Of a stretch of 64,000 bases of DNA, positions 47,452-56,732 are shown one piece after another. Both the position numbers and the translations under genes were made by a program. Where the stretch lies: NCBI GenBank assembly GCA_965204725.1, contig OZ242005.1, positions 1,792,001 through 1,856,000 on the forward strand. Reading direction: 5' to 3'. Under the pieces are notes generated by a model. It did not search any database. It had not been told where the DNA came from and saw only the letters and a program-made list of their open reading frames with translations. Source of the stretch: Candidatus Latescibacterota bacterium (GTDB lineage Bacteria; Latescibacterota; UBA2968; UBA8231). Each line of letters begins with the position of its first letter. Position 1 is the stretch's first letter.

Positions 47452-47599
47452 TGGGCGTCCTTTCTGCGAAGGGTTGGCGATAACATGCGAAAAAAGGGGC
47501 CGTCCGTCCAGCGACGCGCCGCTTGCGAGGCGGCGGCCGGCCGCCTAGATTGACCGGCACCTTTCCTCCCTTCGCACTGTGGCCCACAGGAGCTTTGCT

Positions 47600-49168
47600 T
47601 TGTTCGACTTGACCATCCACAACGGCACCCTCATCGACGGCACCCGCGCCAACCGCTACCCCGCAGACATTGGCCTGCGCGCCGACCGCATCGCCGCGAT
47701 TGGCGACCTCGGCAACGCCGAATCCCAGCACCGCATTGACGCCCGCGGCAAAATCGTGGCCCCGGGCTTTGTCGATGTCCACAACCACTCCGACGGCTGG
47801 CTCTTGCAGCAGCCCAATTTCCGCCCCAAGACCCTCCAAGGCTTTACCACCGAAGTCCTCATGGCCGACGGAATTTCCTACGCCCCGCTCGACGCGGCCA
47901 CCCGCGCCCACTGGCTCTACTACATGCGCGCCCTCAACGGCCTGATGCAACATCACTACTCCGGCTGGGAGAGCCTCGCCGAATACATGCAGCTTCTCGA
48001 CGGCCGCACCGCGCAAAACACCATCACCCACCTCCCCTACGCCCACCTACGGGCCTCGGCCTGCGGCTGGAGCCGCTGCGTCCCCGACGACGTGCAGATG
48101 GAAGAGATACTCGCCGGGGTCGAGCGCGGCATGGCCGAAGGCGCGGTCGGTCTTTCGACCGGACTCGACTACATCGCCGAGTGCTTTGCCACCACCGACG
48201 AACTCGTCGAAGCCTGCACCGCAATGGCCGCGCAACAGGGCCTGTACGCCACCCACGTGCGCTACAAAAAGGGCACTCTCGCCGGGGTGCAGGAGGCCGT
48301 CGAAATCGGCCGCCGCGCCCAAGTCCCGGTACACATTTCCCACTTCAAGGGCACCTCGCCCCAGCAAATCGACGCCCTGCTGTCGTACGTAGATCAAGTC
48401 GCGGTCCACGAGGTGGATTTCAGCTTCGACGTGTACCCGTATCTGCCCGGTTCGACCATGCTCAACTTCATGTTGCCCTATGAGGTGTGGGAGGACGGCC
48501 CGCTGGGGGCCTTGCCCAAGCTCAACGGTCCCGCGCTCCGCCGCCGCTTTGCCCGCGTCCTCGACCGCTACGTCAACCCCCTCGACCAAATGACCATTGC
48601 GTGGCTGCCCGGGCGCGACAACGCCCGCTTTATCGGCCGCACCCTAGCCGAATACGTCCAACAGGCCGACGCCCCGCCGGCCGACGCGCTTTGCGACCTG
48701 CTCATCGAGGAAAACTTGGCGGTCCTCCTCGTGTTCCACCACGGCGACGATGCCTTGGTGCATCCCTTTCTGGCGCACGAAAAATACATGATGGGCAGCG
48801 ATGGGATTTACTTCCCCGACGGGGCGGTCCACCCGCGCGTGTACGGCTCGGCGGCCCGCCTGCTCGGGCCTTGCGTCCGCGACCACCAGCTCTTCTCGCT
48901 CGAAGACGCCGTCCGCAAGCTGAGCGCGTATCCAGCCGCGCGCTTCGGCCTAGCCCAACGGGGGCAAATCGCCGAGGGCTTCTACGCGGACTTGGTCGTC
49001 TTTGACGCGGCGACCATTGCGGACCGCGCCACCTACCAAGACCCCCATCAGCACTCGGTCGGCGTCGAGCACGTCCTCGTCAACGGGGTTCCCATCGTCC
49101 GCAACGGATGCGCGGTCGAGGGCTTGGGGCCGCGCTGGCCGGGCCGCTATCTCAAGTTCAGGGCCTGA
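47600..49168 (+). CDS. N-acyl-D-amino-acid deacylase family amidohydrolase
   Basis: APGFVDVHNHSD, GLSTGLDY, VHISH.K, HPRVYG, ADLVVFD; TTG start behind AGGAG. Confidence 0.88.
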   Translation: MFDLTIHNGTLIDGTRANRYPADIGLRADRIAAIGDLGNAESQHRIDARGKIVAPGFVDVHNHSDGWLLQQPNFRPKTLQGFTTEVLMADGISYAPLDAATRAHWLYYMRALNGLMQHHYSGWESLAEYMQLLDGRTAQNTITHLPYAHLRASACGWSRCVPDDVQMEEILAGVERGMAEGAVGLSTGLDYIAECFATTDELVEACTAMAAQQGLYATHVRYKKGTLAGVQEAVEIGRRAQVPVHISHFKGTSPQQIDALLSYVDQVAVHEVDFSFDVYPYLPGSTMLNFMLPYEVWEDGPLGALPKLNGPALRRRFARVLDRYVNPLDQMTIAWLPGRDNARFIGRTLAEYVQQADAPPADALCDLLIEENLAVLLVFHHGDDALVHPFLAHEKYMMGSDGIYFPDGAVHPRVYGSAARLLGPCVRDHQLFSLEDAVRKLSAYPAARFGLAQRGQIAEGFYADLVVFDAATIADRATYQDPHQHSVGVEHVLVNGVPIVRNGCAVEGLGPRWPGRYLKFRA

Positions 49169-49172
49169 CCTG

Positions 49173-49556
49173 TTAGTACTCGCTCATCGGCCCGCCGTTC
49201 CAACATTCGGCCGTCTCGCCTTGGGGGTTGAGGAGCGTGGCCGAGCGCGTGTCCAGCTTGACCCACACCGTCTTACCCACATAGAGCCAACACCAAGAGC
49301 AATGCGCTTTGGGATCGAGCAACCAGACGGCCCCGTCCGGCAACCGCACCAACAAAAGCCCCTCGGCAAAGCGGCGCATCAGGCGCGCCTCCACATAGCC
49401 GCCGGTCGCCAAAAGCTGGGTTGCTTGGGGCGAGGGTGCCGGCGCTGGGACCGGCGCGGCGACCAGCGCGCATCCTCCGGCCAACAAGGCGCAGACGACC
49501 GCCCCGCGCACCCTCCATTTTGTCGGCGGGCGCGGCATCACGGCTGCAAGAACCAA
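49173..49556 (-). CDS. Hypothetical exported protein/lipoprotein
   Basis: Hydrophobic segment with LAGGC; overlaps the 3' end of the upstream gene. Confidence 0.5.
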   Translation of the reverse strand: MVLAAVMPRPPTKWRVRGAVVCALLAGGCALVAAPVPAPAPSPQATQLLATGGYVEARLMRRFAEGLLLVRLPDGAVWLLDPKAHCSWCWLYVGKTVWVKLDTRSATLLNPQGETAECWNGGPMSEY

Positions 49557-51586
49557 TAGTGAAACGAAACAACCGGCCGCAAAGCGCCGCCAAAGTGCTG
49601 CGGCTGCGTCTCAATCTCGACGCGGCCGCTGACCTCCGAGGCCGCTATTTGACCGACGACCCGTTCGAGCCACTGGCGGCCCGGCCCGCCCGGCAGCTCC
49701 ACCGTGGCAATTTTCTTACCATTCGCTAGCACGGCAAAGTGCTGGGCAATGCCCGTAACCGTGCGCATGACGACCGCGGCCGGTTGGCCCGCGTTCAGCC
49801 TCACCTCCATCCGCTCGCCGCCCGTTACCGTCCGCCCCCCGTCCATGTATAACGCTTGGGGATCGTCGGCCGCGCTCAGCACCAGCAGCAAATTCGCCTC
49901 CCCGCTGCCGGGCACTCGCACCTTGGATTGGTAGCCGTGTCGGCGTTCGCTGTCCAGATCGGCCACATCCACTTTATCGACCACCCGCCAGCCCTCCGCT
50001 AAGAGCGTTGGGTTGCGGATGGCTTCGCCGCTGAGGTCGGCGGCCCAACGCGCCTGATACAACACCTTCTCCGCATCGATGATCGACGGCTCAAAGACGC
50101 GAATGCGGTGCAGCGGCTGCAAAAAGAGGCCCTCGGGAAAGTTGAACCAATTGGGGAAAATGGCGAAGTACTGGGGGCGCTGGTCCGGCGGCATGGCTTC
50201 GAGCCGCTCGAATAGTGACCCGCTCCCGTGCCGCCACGACGCGCTGGTCCCGGCCGTGGTCAACCCGACTAAATCGACGGTTGGGCGGCGACCTAAGTAG
50301 CGCAGGGCACCGGCGTCGTTGACGGCGATGCGGGCGGCGGGCGGTAACTCGGCGTCTATAAAGTGCGCCATCTCGACCTGCTGGTTGCGGATATCGCTGC
50401 AATTTTCCCCGTACGCAACTGCGAAAAACCCCACCGACATCAACCCCCACAAGCCGAAAAAGCAAGCCAAGCCCCGCGCCAGCTTGCTGCTCCACGCCTC
50501 CCCAACCGCCTCCAAGCGCCCCAAGCCCAAGGCGACAAAGAGAATGTAGAGCGGCAAGAAGGGCTGTTGGTAGCGGTTGAAGTGGGCGTCGTACTCGACG
50601 AGGGTGCAGGTGAGTAGGACGCCGCCGACAAACCACGCCCCGCCCAATGCCGCCACCCCGAGCTGCCTCTCGGCCAGCTCGCTCCAGAGCCGATTGCTTA
50701 ACTCGACCACAAAAACGAGCGCGACAAACGGGGCAAACACCATGCGGCGATAGTTGCCGTCGTACGCGTATAGATTGGCGCTGGTCTGATGCCCCAGCGA
50801 CCCGGCGAGAATGCCCTTGACAAATTCGGCAAAGTCGAAAAAAACGGCGCGGATTTGCTCGGGCAGCGAGCCATGCGGCTCGGCAAAACGCCATTTGGCC
50901 TCGATCCCAGACGCCCCGGCCTGCCCCGTCCACCAAGCGAGCAGCAGCGCTTGCAGCGCGTACGCCCCCAACGGCACACTCCACTGCCAGTTCAAGGCCC
51001 GGCGATAGGCGACTAGCGCCAGCAGCAGCAAGACCAAGGCGATCCCCTCGGGCCGCGCCAACGCCAGCAAGGCCGCGGCCAGCGGAGTGCGCCGGTCTTC
51101 CGCTAGGCACAGATACAGGGTCAGCAAGATGGCAAAGGCAAAGAGTCCGATGGCCATGCCGCTGTAATAGCCCCATACCAGCGGGCCGCACGCCAAAAAC
51201 AGGATCGAGGCCACCCAGCCGCTGAACGGCCCACTCAATCTGCGGCCCAAGAGCAGCAGCAGCCGGGCACTCAACCCGAGCCATACAACCCCTAAAGCCA
51301 GCGCGTACAGGGCCATGTCCATCCCCTCCAGCCCCAGCCAAAAACCCGGAACTAGCAGCAGGGTGTACAGCAAACTCGTCGCGCCGGCCGTTGGCTCAGC
51401 GCCGGTATTGTATTCGAGGAAATGCCCCTCGGCCGCTTGCCGCGCGTACTGGAAATAGATGAAGGAATCGTCCAGCGGCAGGGCCAAGCGGCCGCCCGTG
51501 TGATAGAGCATGGAGGCCAAAAAAACCCCGAGCCACAAAAGCACCAAGCCCCAAAGGATGGCCTCCTCTCGTCGAATTGCGTTCAT
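49538..51586 (-). CDS. GT-C-fold membrane glycosyltransferase-like protein
   Basis: DDSFIYFQYA after TM1, G.TS.LY, LARPEG, RYQQP, DAGAL.Y...R.TVDLVGL. Confidence 0.75.
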   Translation of the reverse strand: MNAIRREEAILWGLVLLWLGVFLASMLYHTGGRLALPLDDSFIYFQYARQAAEGHFLEYNTGAEPTAGATSLLYTLLLVPGFWLGLEGMDMALYALALGVVWLGLSARLLLLLGRRLSGPFSGWVASILFLACGPLVWGYYSGMAIGLFAFAILLTLYLCLAEDRRTPLAAALLALARPEGIALVLLLLALVAYRRALNWQWSVPLGAYALQALLLAWWTGQAGASGIEAKWRFAEPHGSLPEQIRAVFFDFAEFVKGILAGSLGHQTSANLYAYDGNYRRMVFAPFVALVFVVELSNRLWSELAERQLGVAALGGAWFVGGVLLTCTLVEYDAHFNRYQQPFLPLYILFVALGLGRLEAVGEAWSSKLARGLACFFGLWGLMSVGFFAVAYGENCSDIRNQQVEMAHFIDAELPPAARIAVNDAGALRYLGRRPTVDLVGLTTAGTSASWRHGSGSLFERLEAMPPDQRPQYFAIFPNWFNFPEGLFLQPLHRIRVFEPSIIDAEKVLYQARWAADLSGEAIRNPTLLAEGWRVVDKVDVADLDSERRHGYQSKVRVPGSGEANLLLVLSAADDPQALYMDGGRTVTGGERMEVRLNAGQPAAVVMRTVTGIAQHFAVLANGKKIATVELPGGPGRQWLERVVGQIAASEVSGRVEIETQPQHFGGALRPVVSFHYWFLQP

Positions 51587-51896
51587 CGCCCAACCTATTC
51601 TCCCGTCCAATATGCTGCGTACCGTCCGGTAGCAAAATAGGGCCTCTCTTAAACTAAAAGAGAGACCCCGTTTCACGAACTTGCTGTGCGGTGGATCCTT
51701 ATTTGAGCAGCATCTTGACCGCGTGGAACGCGCCGCCAGCCCAACTCGACGCCAAGCTAACGGCGAGTAGCCAAAAGCCGCCGGAAAAAAGCCGCGCGGA
51801 TGTCTTTACTGATTTCATTGTTTTGCATCTTATTGGTTGGAAAAGGAAAAATAAGTTCCATCATTGATTTCAACTCCCCTTTTGCGAGAAAACGAA

Positions 51897-52397
51897 TCAA
51901 CTCCCTCTCGACAACACGTTAAATAAAAAGACAGCGGCGGCTATGATCAGCCCGGTCCACGTCAACTGAACCCCGATTAACCAGCGAAAACCTTTATCAA
52001 GGCGATCATTGACAGCATCGATGCGGTGGTTGGTTTCCTCACGGGCGGCGTCGATGCGATGGTTGGTTTCCTCACGGGCGGCGTCAATGCGGCGATTGGT
52101 TTCGTCGTGGCGGCGATTGGTTTCCTCACGGACAGCATCGATGCAGCGGTTGGTTTCGTCGTGGCGGCGGTTGGTTTCCTCACGGACAGCGTCGATGCGG
52201 CGATTGGTCTCGTCGCGAGCGGCGTCGATGCGACGGTTGGTCTCGTCGCGAGCGGCTGTAATCTCTTGTCGCAGTTCTTCAAGGCTGCGATCCACGGCAT
52301 CAAAACGCTTATCCAACTGTTTGGCGACCTCTTCCAGCCGCCCCACGCGGTGGTCCAAATCGCGGTCTTGATCTTGATCTAGCGTCGGAACACTCAT
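51897..52397 (-). CDS. Membrane-anchored repeat coiled-coil protein (DUF1640/CCDC90-like)
   Basis: 11-aa (RRIDAAREETN) and 7-aa (RRHDETN) repeats, FRWLIG TM tail; AAGGAG RBS. Confidence 0.8.
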   Translation of the reverse strand: MSVPTLDQDQDRDLDHRVGRLEEVAKQLDKRFDAVDRSLEELRQEITAARDETNRRIDAARDETNRRIDAVREETNRRHDETNRCIDAVREETNRRHDETNRRIDAAREETNHRIDAAREETNHRIDAVNDRLDKGFRWLIGVQLTWTGLIIAAAVFLFNVLSRGS

Positions 52398-52446
52398 TGC
52401 CCAAACTCCTTTCTTGGGGTGTGATATGGGGTAAAGTCAATGATAG

Positions 52447-52465
52447 TGTATTATAGTATAATACA
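52447..52465. promoter_or_regulatory. Palindromic double -10 box between divergent genes
   Basis: TGTATTATA-G-TATAATACA places TATAAT on both strands. Confidence 0.6.
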
Positions 52466-52519
52466 TAGATCGCCCCAATAGCGTAGGCATCCTCCTCCTC
52501 CTAACCCACGGGAAAAACC

Positions 52520-53317
52520 ATGCGCCCACTCTACTTCCTGCTCTTATGGCTGCTCCTCAGCGCGGCCGCTCCGTTTGACCACGGCCCGTTTGACCAAGTG
52601 CTGCAAGAATACGTCAACGACCAAGGCTTCGTCCGCTACGCCGCCTTAGCCAAAGACCGCGCCACACTCGACGCCTATGTCGATAGCCTCGGCCACTACA
52701 GCCCCGCAAGCCACCCCGACCGCTTCCCCGACCGCGCCCACGAGCTGGCCTACTGGATCAATGCGTACAATGCCTTCGTCTTGCGGGGCGTCATCGACGC
52801 CTATCCCATCGCCAGCGTCAAGGATGCCTTTGTATTCAGTGGCTTTTTTAACCGCCAGACCTTTGTCGCCGGGGGGCGCGAGATGACGCTAGACCACCTT
52901 GAAAACAAAATCATCCGCCCGACCTACCAAGAGCCGCGCATTCACTTTGCGGTCAACTGCGCGGCCCTTAGCTGCCCACAACTCGAAAACCGAGCCTTTA
53001 CCGGCCCCGACCTCGACGCTCGCTTGGAACGAGCACTAACGCGCTTTGCCCAAGACCCCAACCACGTGCGCTTGCAAGACAAGCGGCTCTACCTATCCAA
53101 AATCCTCAACTGGTACGGGGAAGACTTCACGGCGTGGTTCCCGCCCGACCGGCCCAATCCCGAGGCCGTGCCCACCATCGTCAACTACCTGCGCCCGTAT
53201 CTCCCCGCGGACTTAGCCGCTGAGCTGAGCGAGGACCTAACCATCGAATACAACGACTACGACTGGACGCTCAACGAGGACCGAGAAACCAAACGAAAGG
53301 AGAGCAATGACGGCTGA
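52520..53317 (+). CDS. DUF547 domain exported protein
   Basis: LAYWINAYN, LDHLEN.IIR...EPRIHFAVNCAALSCP.L, LSKI.NWY..DF, YDWTLN. Confidence 0.9.
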   Translation: MRPLYFLLLWLLLSAAAPFDHGPFDQVLQEYVNDQGFVRYAALAKDRATLDAYVDSLGHYSPASHPDRFPDRAHELAYWINAYNAFVLRGVIDAYPIASVKDAFVFSGFFNRQTFVAGGREMTLDHLENKIIRPTYQEPRIHFAVNCAALSCPQLENRAFTGPDLDARLERALTRFAQDPNHVRLQDKRLYLSKILNWYGEDFTAWFPPDRPNPEAVPTIVNYLRPYLPADLAAELSEDLTIEYNDYDWTLNEDRETKRKESNDG

Positions 53318-53361
53318 AAGGGTCATTCTACTGGGGTTCTAAAGCGGCACTAGATTTTTCA

Positions 53362-53391
53362 TTGACGCCGTTCTATCGCGTCCTGTATGTT
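53362..53391 (+). promoter_or_regulatory. Candidate promoter of the 53442 gene
   Basis: TTGACG-N18-TATGTT. Confidence 0.4.
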
Positions 53392-53441
53392 CATAAGCAC
53401 ACCTCACCCCCATACATCCCAAACCCAACGAAAGGAGAGCA

Positions 53442-53786
53442 ATGACGATGGCTACCGTGCCCCCCACGATTGAAGAGCGTCTAGCAAGGCTTGAAGGCGT
53501 GTACGATCACCTCGCTTCCAAAGCAGACCTTGCTGAGTTGAGGGCTGTCTTAAAGGATGATATTGCGCGTTTACAGGCCGAGATTACGCGCGTCGAAAGC
53601 GGCCTCAAGGATGATATTACGCGATTGCAGGCCGAGATTACGCGCGTTGAGAGCGGTCTAAAGGATGATATTGCGCGATTACAGGCCGAGATGGCCGAAC
53701 TCAGGGGCAGCGTCAAAATTCTGGTTGTAGTAATGACTTCCGGCTTAGCTCTACTCAATATCGTTTTGCGGTTTTGGCCCTCGTAA
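53442..53786 (+). CDS. Membrane-anchored repeat coiled-coil protein (DUF1640/CCDC90-like)
   Basis: HLASKADL neck motif, 18-aa repeats LKDDI(A/T)RLQAEITRVESG, C-terminal TM; AAGGAG RBS. Confidence 0.85.
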   Translation: MTMATVPPTIEERLARLEGVYDHLASKADLAELRAVLKDDIARLQAEITRVESGLKDDITRLQAEITRVESGLKDDIARLQAEMAELRGSVKILVVVMTSGLALLNIVLRFWPS

Positions 53787-53834
53787 GCCCATGCCTACGC
53801 TAAAAGGGTAATGGTGCTGCGATGCGCTAAAAGG

Positions 53835-53875
53835 CAACAAGCCCCGCCGGGATAGGGTCTCGGCGGGGCTTGTTG
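53835..53875. terminator. Hairpin terminator between convergent genes
   Basis: CAACAAGCCCCGCCG / CGGCGGGGCTTGTTG 15-bp stem. Confidence 0.7.
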
Positions 53876-53909
53876 GTGTACGGGGACGGACGCGGGCGAC
53901 TTAGGCGTT

Positions 53910-54746
53910 TCATAGAAAGAACGGATTGTGCTCCCGTTCTTCTCCAACCGTAGTAGCAGGCCCATGGCCGGGAAAAAGCGCGACGTTTGCGTCCAAGCCG
54001 AGCAGCTTCTCGGCCACTGCTTGGTGCTGCATCCGGTAGTTGGCCACGTTGCGAGTGCCCCCGAGGGAACCCGCAAAAAGCGCGTCCCCGACAAAGGCCA
54101 TTTCCTCATGGACCAAGCTAATGCCACCCGCCGTATGCCCGGGCGTGGCGCGAACCTCAAAGCGCAATTTGCCGATGGATACGACTTCGCCTTCAGCTAG
54201 CTCGCCGGCGATTGGGAGGCTGCCTATTAGGGCCAAGTCGCCGCGGTGGATCCGCGCCGGCGCGGCCGTGGAGCGAGCAATCTCGGCGAGGGCGCCGATG
54301 TGGTCTTGGTGTCCGTGCGTCAGCACGATCTGCTCAACCGTTAGCCCAGAAGCGGCCAACCGCTGGAGAATTTTATCCGCGTCGAACCCCGGGTCGATGA
54401 TCGCGGCTCGGCCCGTTGTTGCACAGCCGACGATGTAGCCGTTCATCAGAAAGCCCCGGCCGAGCACCATCATCTCCACCTGCGCTCCGGCAAGCGACCG
54501 GCCGGCCGGATTGCGCGGGAAAAAGGCCTGCGCGGCACTCGCCTGCAATTTGCCCGGGTGCAACCCAAGCGCACGGGCCAGCCGCTCGATGACCTCTGCG
54601 GTCGGGATCAGTTCGTAGGCTTCGATCTTGGCGATATTTCCGGCCGGCATCCCCACCCGATCGGCCAATGCGGCGGCCGCCATCTCCTGCCCGCGCCGGG
54701 CCTTGGCGATAACGTCGCCGAACTCGTCTTCTAATTGCGCGTACAT
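53910..54746 (-). CDS. MBL-fold metallo-hydrolase with an N-terminal XRE-type HTH
   Basis: LEDEFGDVIAKARRG..HTH; THGHQDHIG, TPGHT, GDALF, PGHG. Confidence 0.88.
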   Translation of the reverse strand: MYAQLEDEFGDVIAKARRGQEMAAAALADRVGMPAGNIAKIEAYELIPTAEVIERLARALGLHPGKLQASAAQAFFPRNPAGRSLAGAQVEMMVLGRGFLMNGYIVGCATTGRAAIIDPGFDADKILQRLAASGLTVEQIVLTHGHQDHIGALAEIARSTAAPARIHRGDLALIGSLPIAGELAEGEVVSIGKLRFEVRATPGHTAGGISLVHEEMAFVGDALFAGSLGGTRNVANYRMQHQAVAEKLLGLDANVALFPGHGPATTVGEEREHNPFFL

Positions 54747-54756
54747 GTCTCCTCGC

Positions 54757-55416
54757 TCAAGGATCGACCGAGCCGGCTTGCAAACTACCCAAGAACTCGT
54801 CAAAGCTGGCGGCCCACTGCTCAACGGTCTGGGCCGGTCCAGTCATCTTGAAAAACACCGTGCCCGAGGGGTGGACCGCTATGGCCCCGAGCATCCGGTA
54901 CCCGGGTTGGGGCGCGGCGTTCCCCATGCCCATGCCCATGCCCCCAGAAAAGGTGCCGCTTACATCGGCTCCGGTTATCGCTATATCTCCCACTTGCCGC
55001 GTCCAACGCCGCCCTTGGGCCGGCTGGCTGTCCTCCTGTTTGAACTGGCCGTACCAGCGCTCGATATTGGCCTCTACGCTCCCTCCTTGCCCCGGGCCAA
55101 AGAAAAATATGCCCAGTGTCGCTTCTCCGGCCGGGCCGGGGAGGCCGTATTGGGCCACCCGCATGGAGCTGGACGGCTGCTGCGCCACCCAGCCCTTAGG
55201 GGCCACCGCGCTGAGAGGCCCCAGCGTCTGGCGTCCGCTCGCCTGAGCGTACGTCGCAGGGGCTGATGTGGTGGAGCGGGCGGTGAATCCCCGCTCCGCC
55301 ATGGCCGCGGCCGGCTCTTGGTCGCTGAAATTTTGGCTGCATCCGATAAGCCCGAGGATCCCAGCGCAGATCCACAGAGGTCGAAGGGCGTCCTTTGGCA
55401 TCACAGGCTTCTCCAA
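54757..55416 (-). CDS. Putative lipoprotein
   Basis: Lipobox LIGC; SSSMR.AQY, GGSVEANIERWYGQF, FFKMTGP. Confidence 0.7.
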   Translation of the reverse strand: MEKPVMPKDALRPLWICAGILGLIGCSQNFSDQEPAAAMAERGFTARSTTSAPATYAQASGRQTLGPLSAVAPKGWVAQQPSSSMRVAQYGLPGPAGEATLGIFFFGPGQGGSVEANIERWYGQFKQEDSQPAQGRRWTRQVGDIAITGADVSGTFSGGMGMGMGNAAPQPGYRMLGAIAVHPSGTVFFKMTGPAQTVEQWAASFDEFLGSLQAGSVDP

Positions 55417-55543
55417 GCGATGAGGGCGGCGAATAACTTAGCGCGCGAAAATAAGGCCGCTCGCATACCGGCTGTCAATTTTCTTCCGACTCGCTGGTCA
55501 ACAACGTCGGTGTTTCGCGCATTGTGCAACGCCCAATCCCAAT

Positions 55544-56731
55544 CTATATCACCCCTTCAGCCCGCAGCTCTTCCAACTCCCCGGCCGTCAGCCCCAAGAC
55601 GCCGCGCAAGACCTCCTCGGTGTGCTGCCCCAACAAGGGTGCTGGCTCGCGCAACTGGACCGGCGTCGCGGAAAAGCGCAGCGGCGAATTGGCCACCGCC
55701 TGTCGGCCAGCGACGGGATGCTCCAACTCGACGATCATCTCCCGCGCCGCCACCTGCTCGTCGTCAAAGACCTGTCCCACATCGCACAACGGCCCGCTCG
55801 GGACGCCGGACGCCGCTAGGATGGCGCACCATTCGTCAACGGTTTTCTCCGCTAGCACCCCTGCCAACACCGGCTCCAAAGCCGCGTGGTTGTCGGTGCG
55901 AAGCGCGTTGTTGGCAAAGCGCGGGTCGTCGGCCAACGCGCCGAGGCCCAAGGCATCGCAGAACTGGTGCCAGAGCCGGTCGTTGCCCGCGGCAATGACG
56001 ATGTACCCATCGCGGGCGGCGAAAAACTGGAACGGAGTAATGGCCGGATGCCGCGACCCCAGCGGCTTGGGCACTTCGCCAGATACGGCGTAGCGGGCGA
56101 GGGCGTTTTCCAAGAGGGCCACCTGACAGTCGAGCATGGAAATATCGACTTGCTGCCCCTCGCCGGTGCGCCGCGCCCGCTCTAAGGCCGCGAGGATGCC
56201 AATGGCCCCGAAGAGAGCCGCGCTCAAATCGGCAATCGACGAGCCGACCCGCACCGGCGGACCGTCGGGCTGCCCGGTGATGCTGGCCAGCCCCCCCATC
56301 GCCTGAATGAGTACGTCGTACGCGGGCCGCTGGGCGTATGGGCCGGTCTGGCCAAAACCCGAAATCGACGCATGCACCAAGCGCGGATATAGCGCGTGTA
56401 GGGCGGCGTACCCCAACCCAAAGCGATCCATGCGGCCGGGGCGAAAGTTTTCAATCAACACGTCGCACTCGCCGGCCAAACGCCGCGCCAAATCCTGGCC
56501 CCGCGCCTGTCGCAAGTCGATTGTCGCGCTCTTCTTGCCGCGATTGACGCTGGCAAAGTACGCGCTCTCGCCGTTTTGGAACGGCCCGAACCCCCGCGCC
56601 TCGTCGCCGGTGCCCGGCAGCTCGACCTTGATCACTTCCGCGCCCAAGTCGGCCAACACCATCGACGCGTACGGCCCGGCCAACACCCGCGTCAAGTCGA
56701 GCACCCGCACGCCATCAAGCAAGTGTTCCAT
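55544..56731 (-). CDS. CaiB/BaiF (family III) CoA-transferase
   Basis: VLDLTRVLAGPY...LADLGAEVIKVE, NRGKKS, ENFRPG, SGFGQTGP, APLLGQHT. Confidence 0.95.
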   Translation of the reverse strand: MEHLLDGVRVLDLTRVLAGPYASMVLADLGAEVIKVELPGTGDEARGFGPFQNGESAYFASVNRGKKSATIDLRQARGQDLARRLAGECDVLIENFRPGRMDRFGLGYAALHALYPRLVHASISGFGQTGPYAQRPAYDVLIQAMGGLASITGQPDGPPVRVGSSIADLSAALFGAIGILAALERARRTGEGQQVDISMLDCQVALLENALARYAVSGEVPKPLGSRHPAITPFQFFAARDGYIVIAAGNDRLWHQFCDALGLGALADDPRFANNALRTDNHAALEPVLAGVLAEKTVDEWCAILAASGVPSGPLCDVGQVFDDEQVAAREMIVELEHPVAGRQAVANSPLRFSATPVQLREPAPLLGQHTEEVLRGVLGLTAGELEELRAEGVI

Positions 56732-56732
56732 C

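Noticed and set aside
52010-52260. CRISPR-like array
   Set aside because: The repeats are contiguous, in-frame 33/21-nt coding units with no unique spacers and no cas genes.
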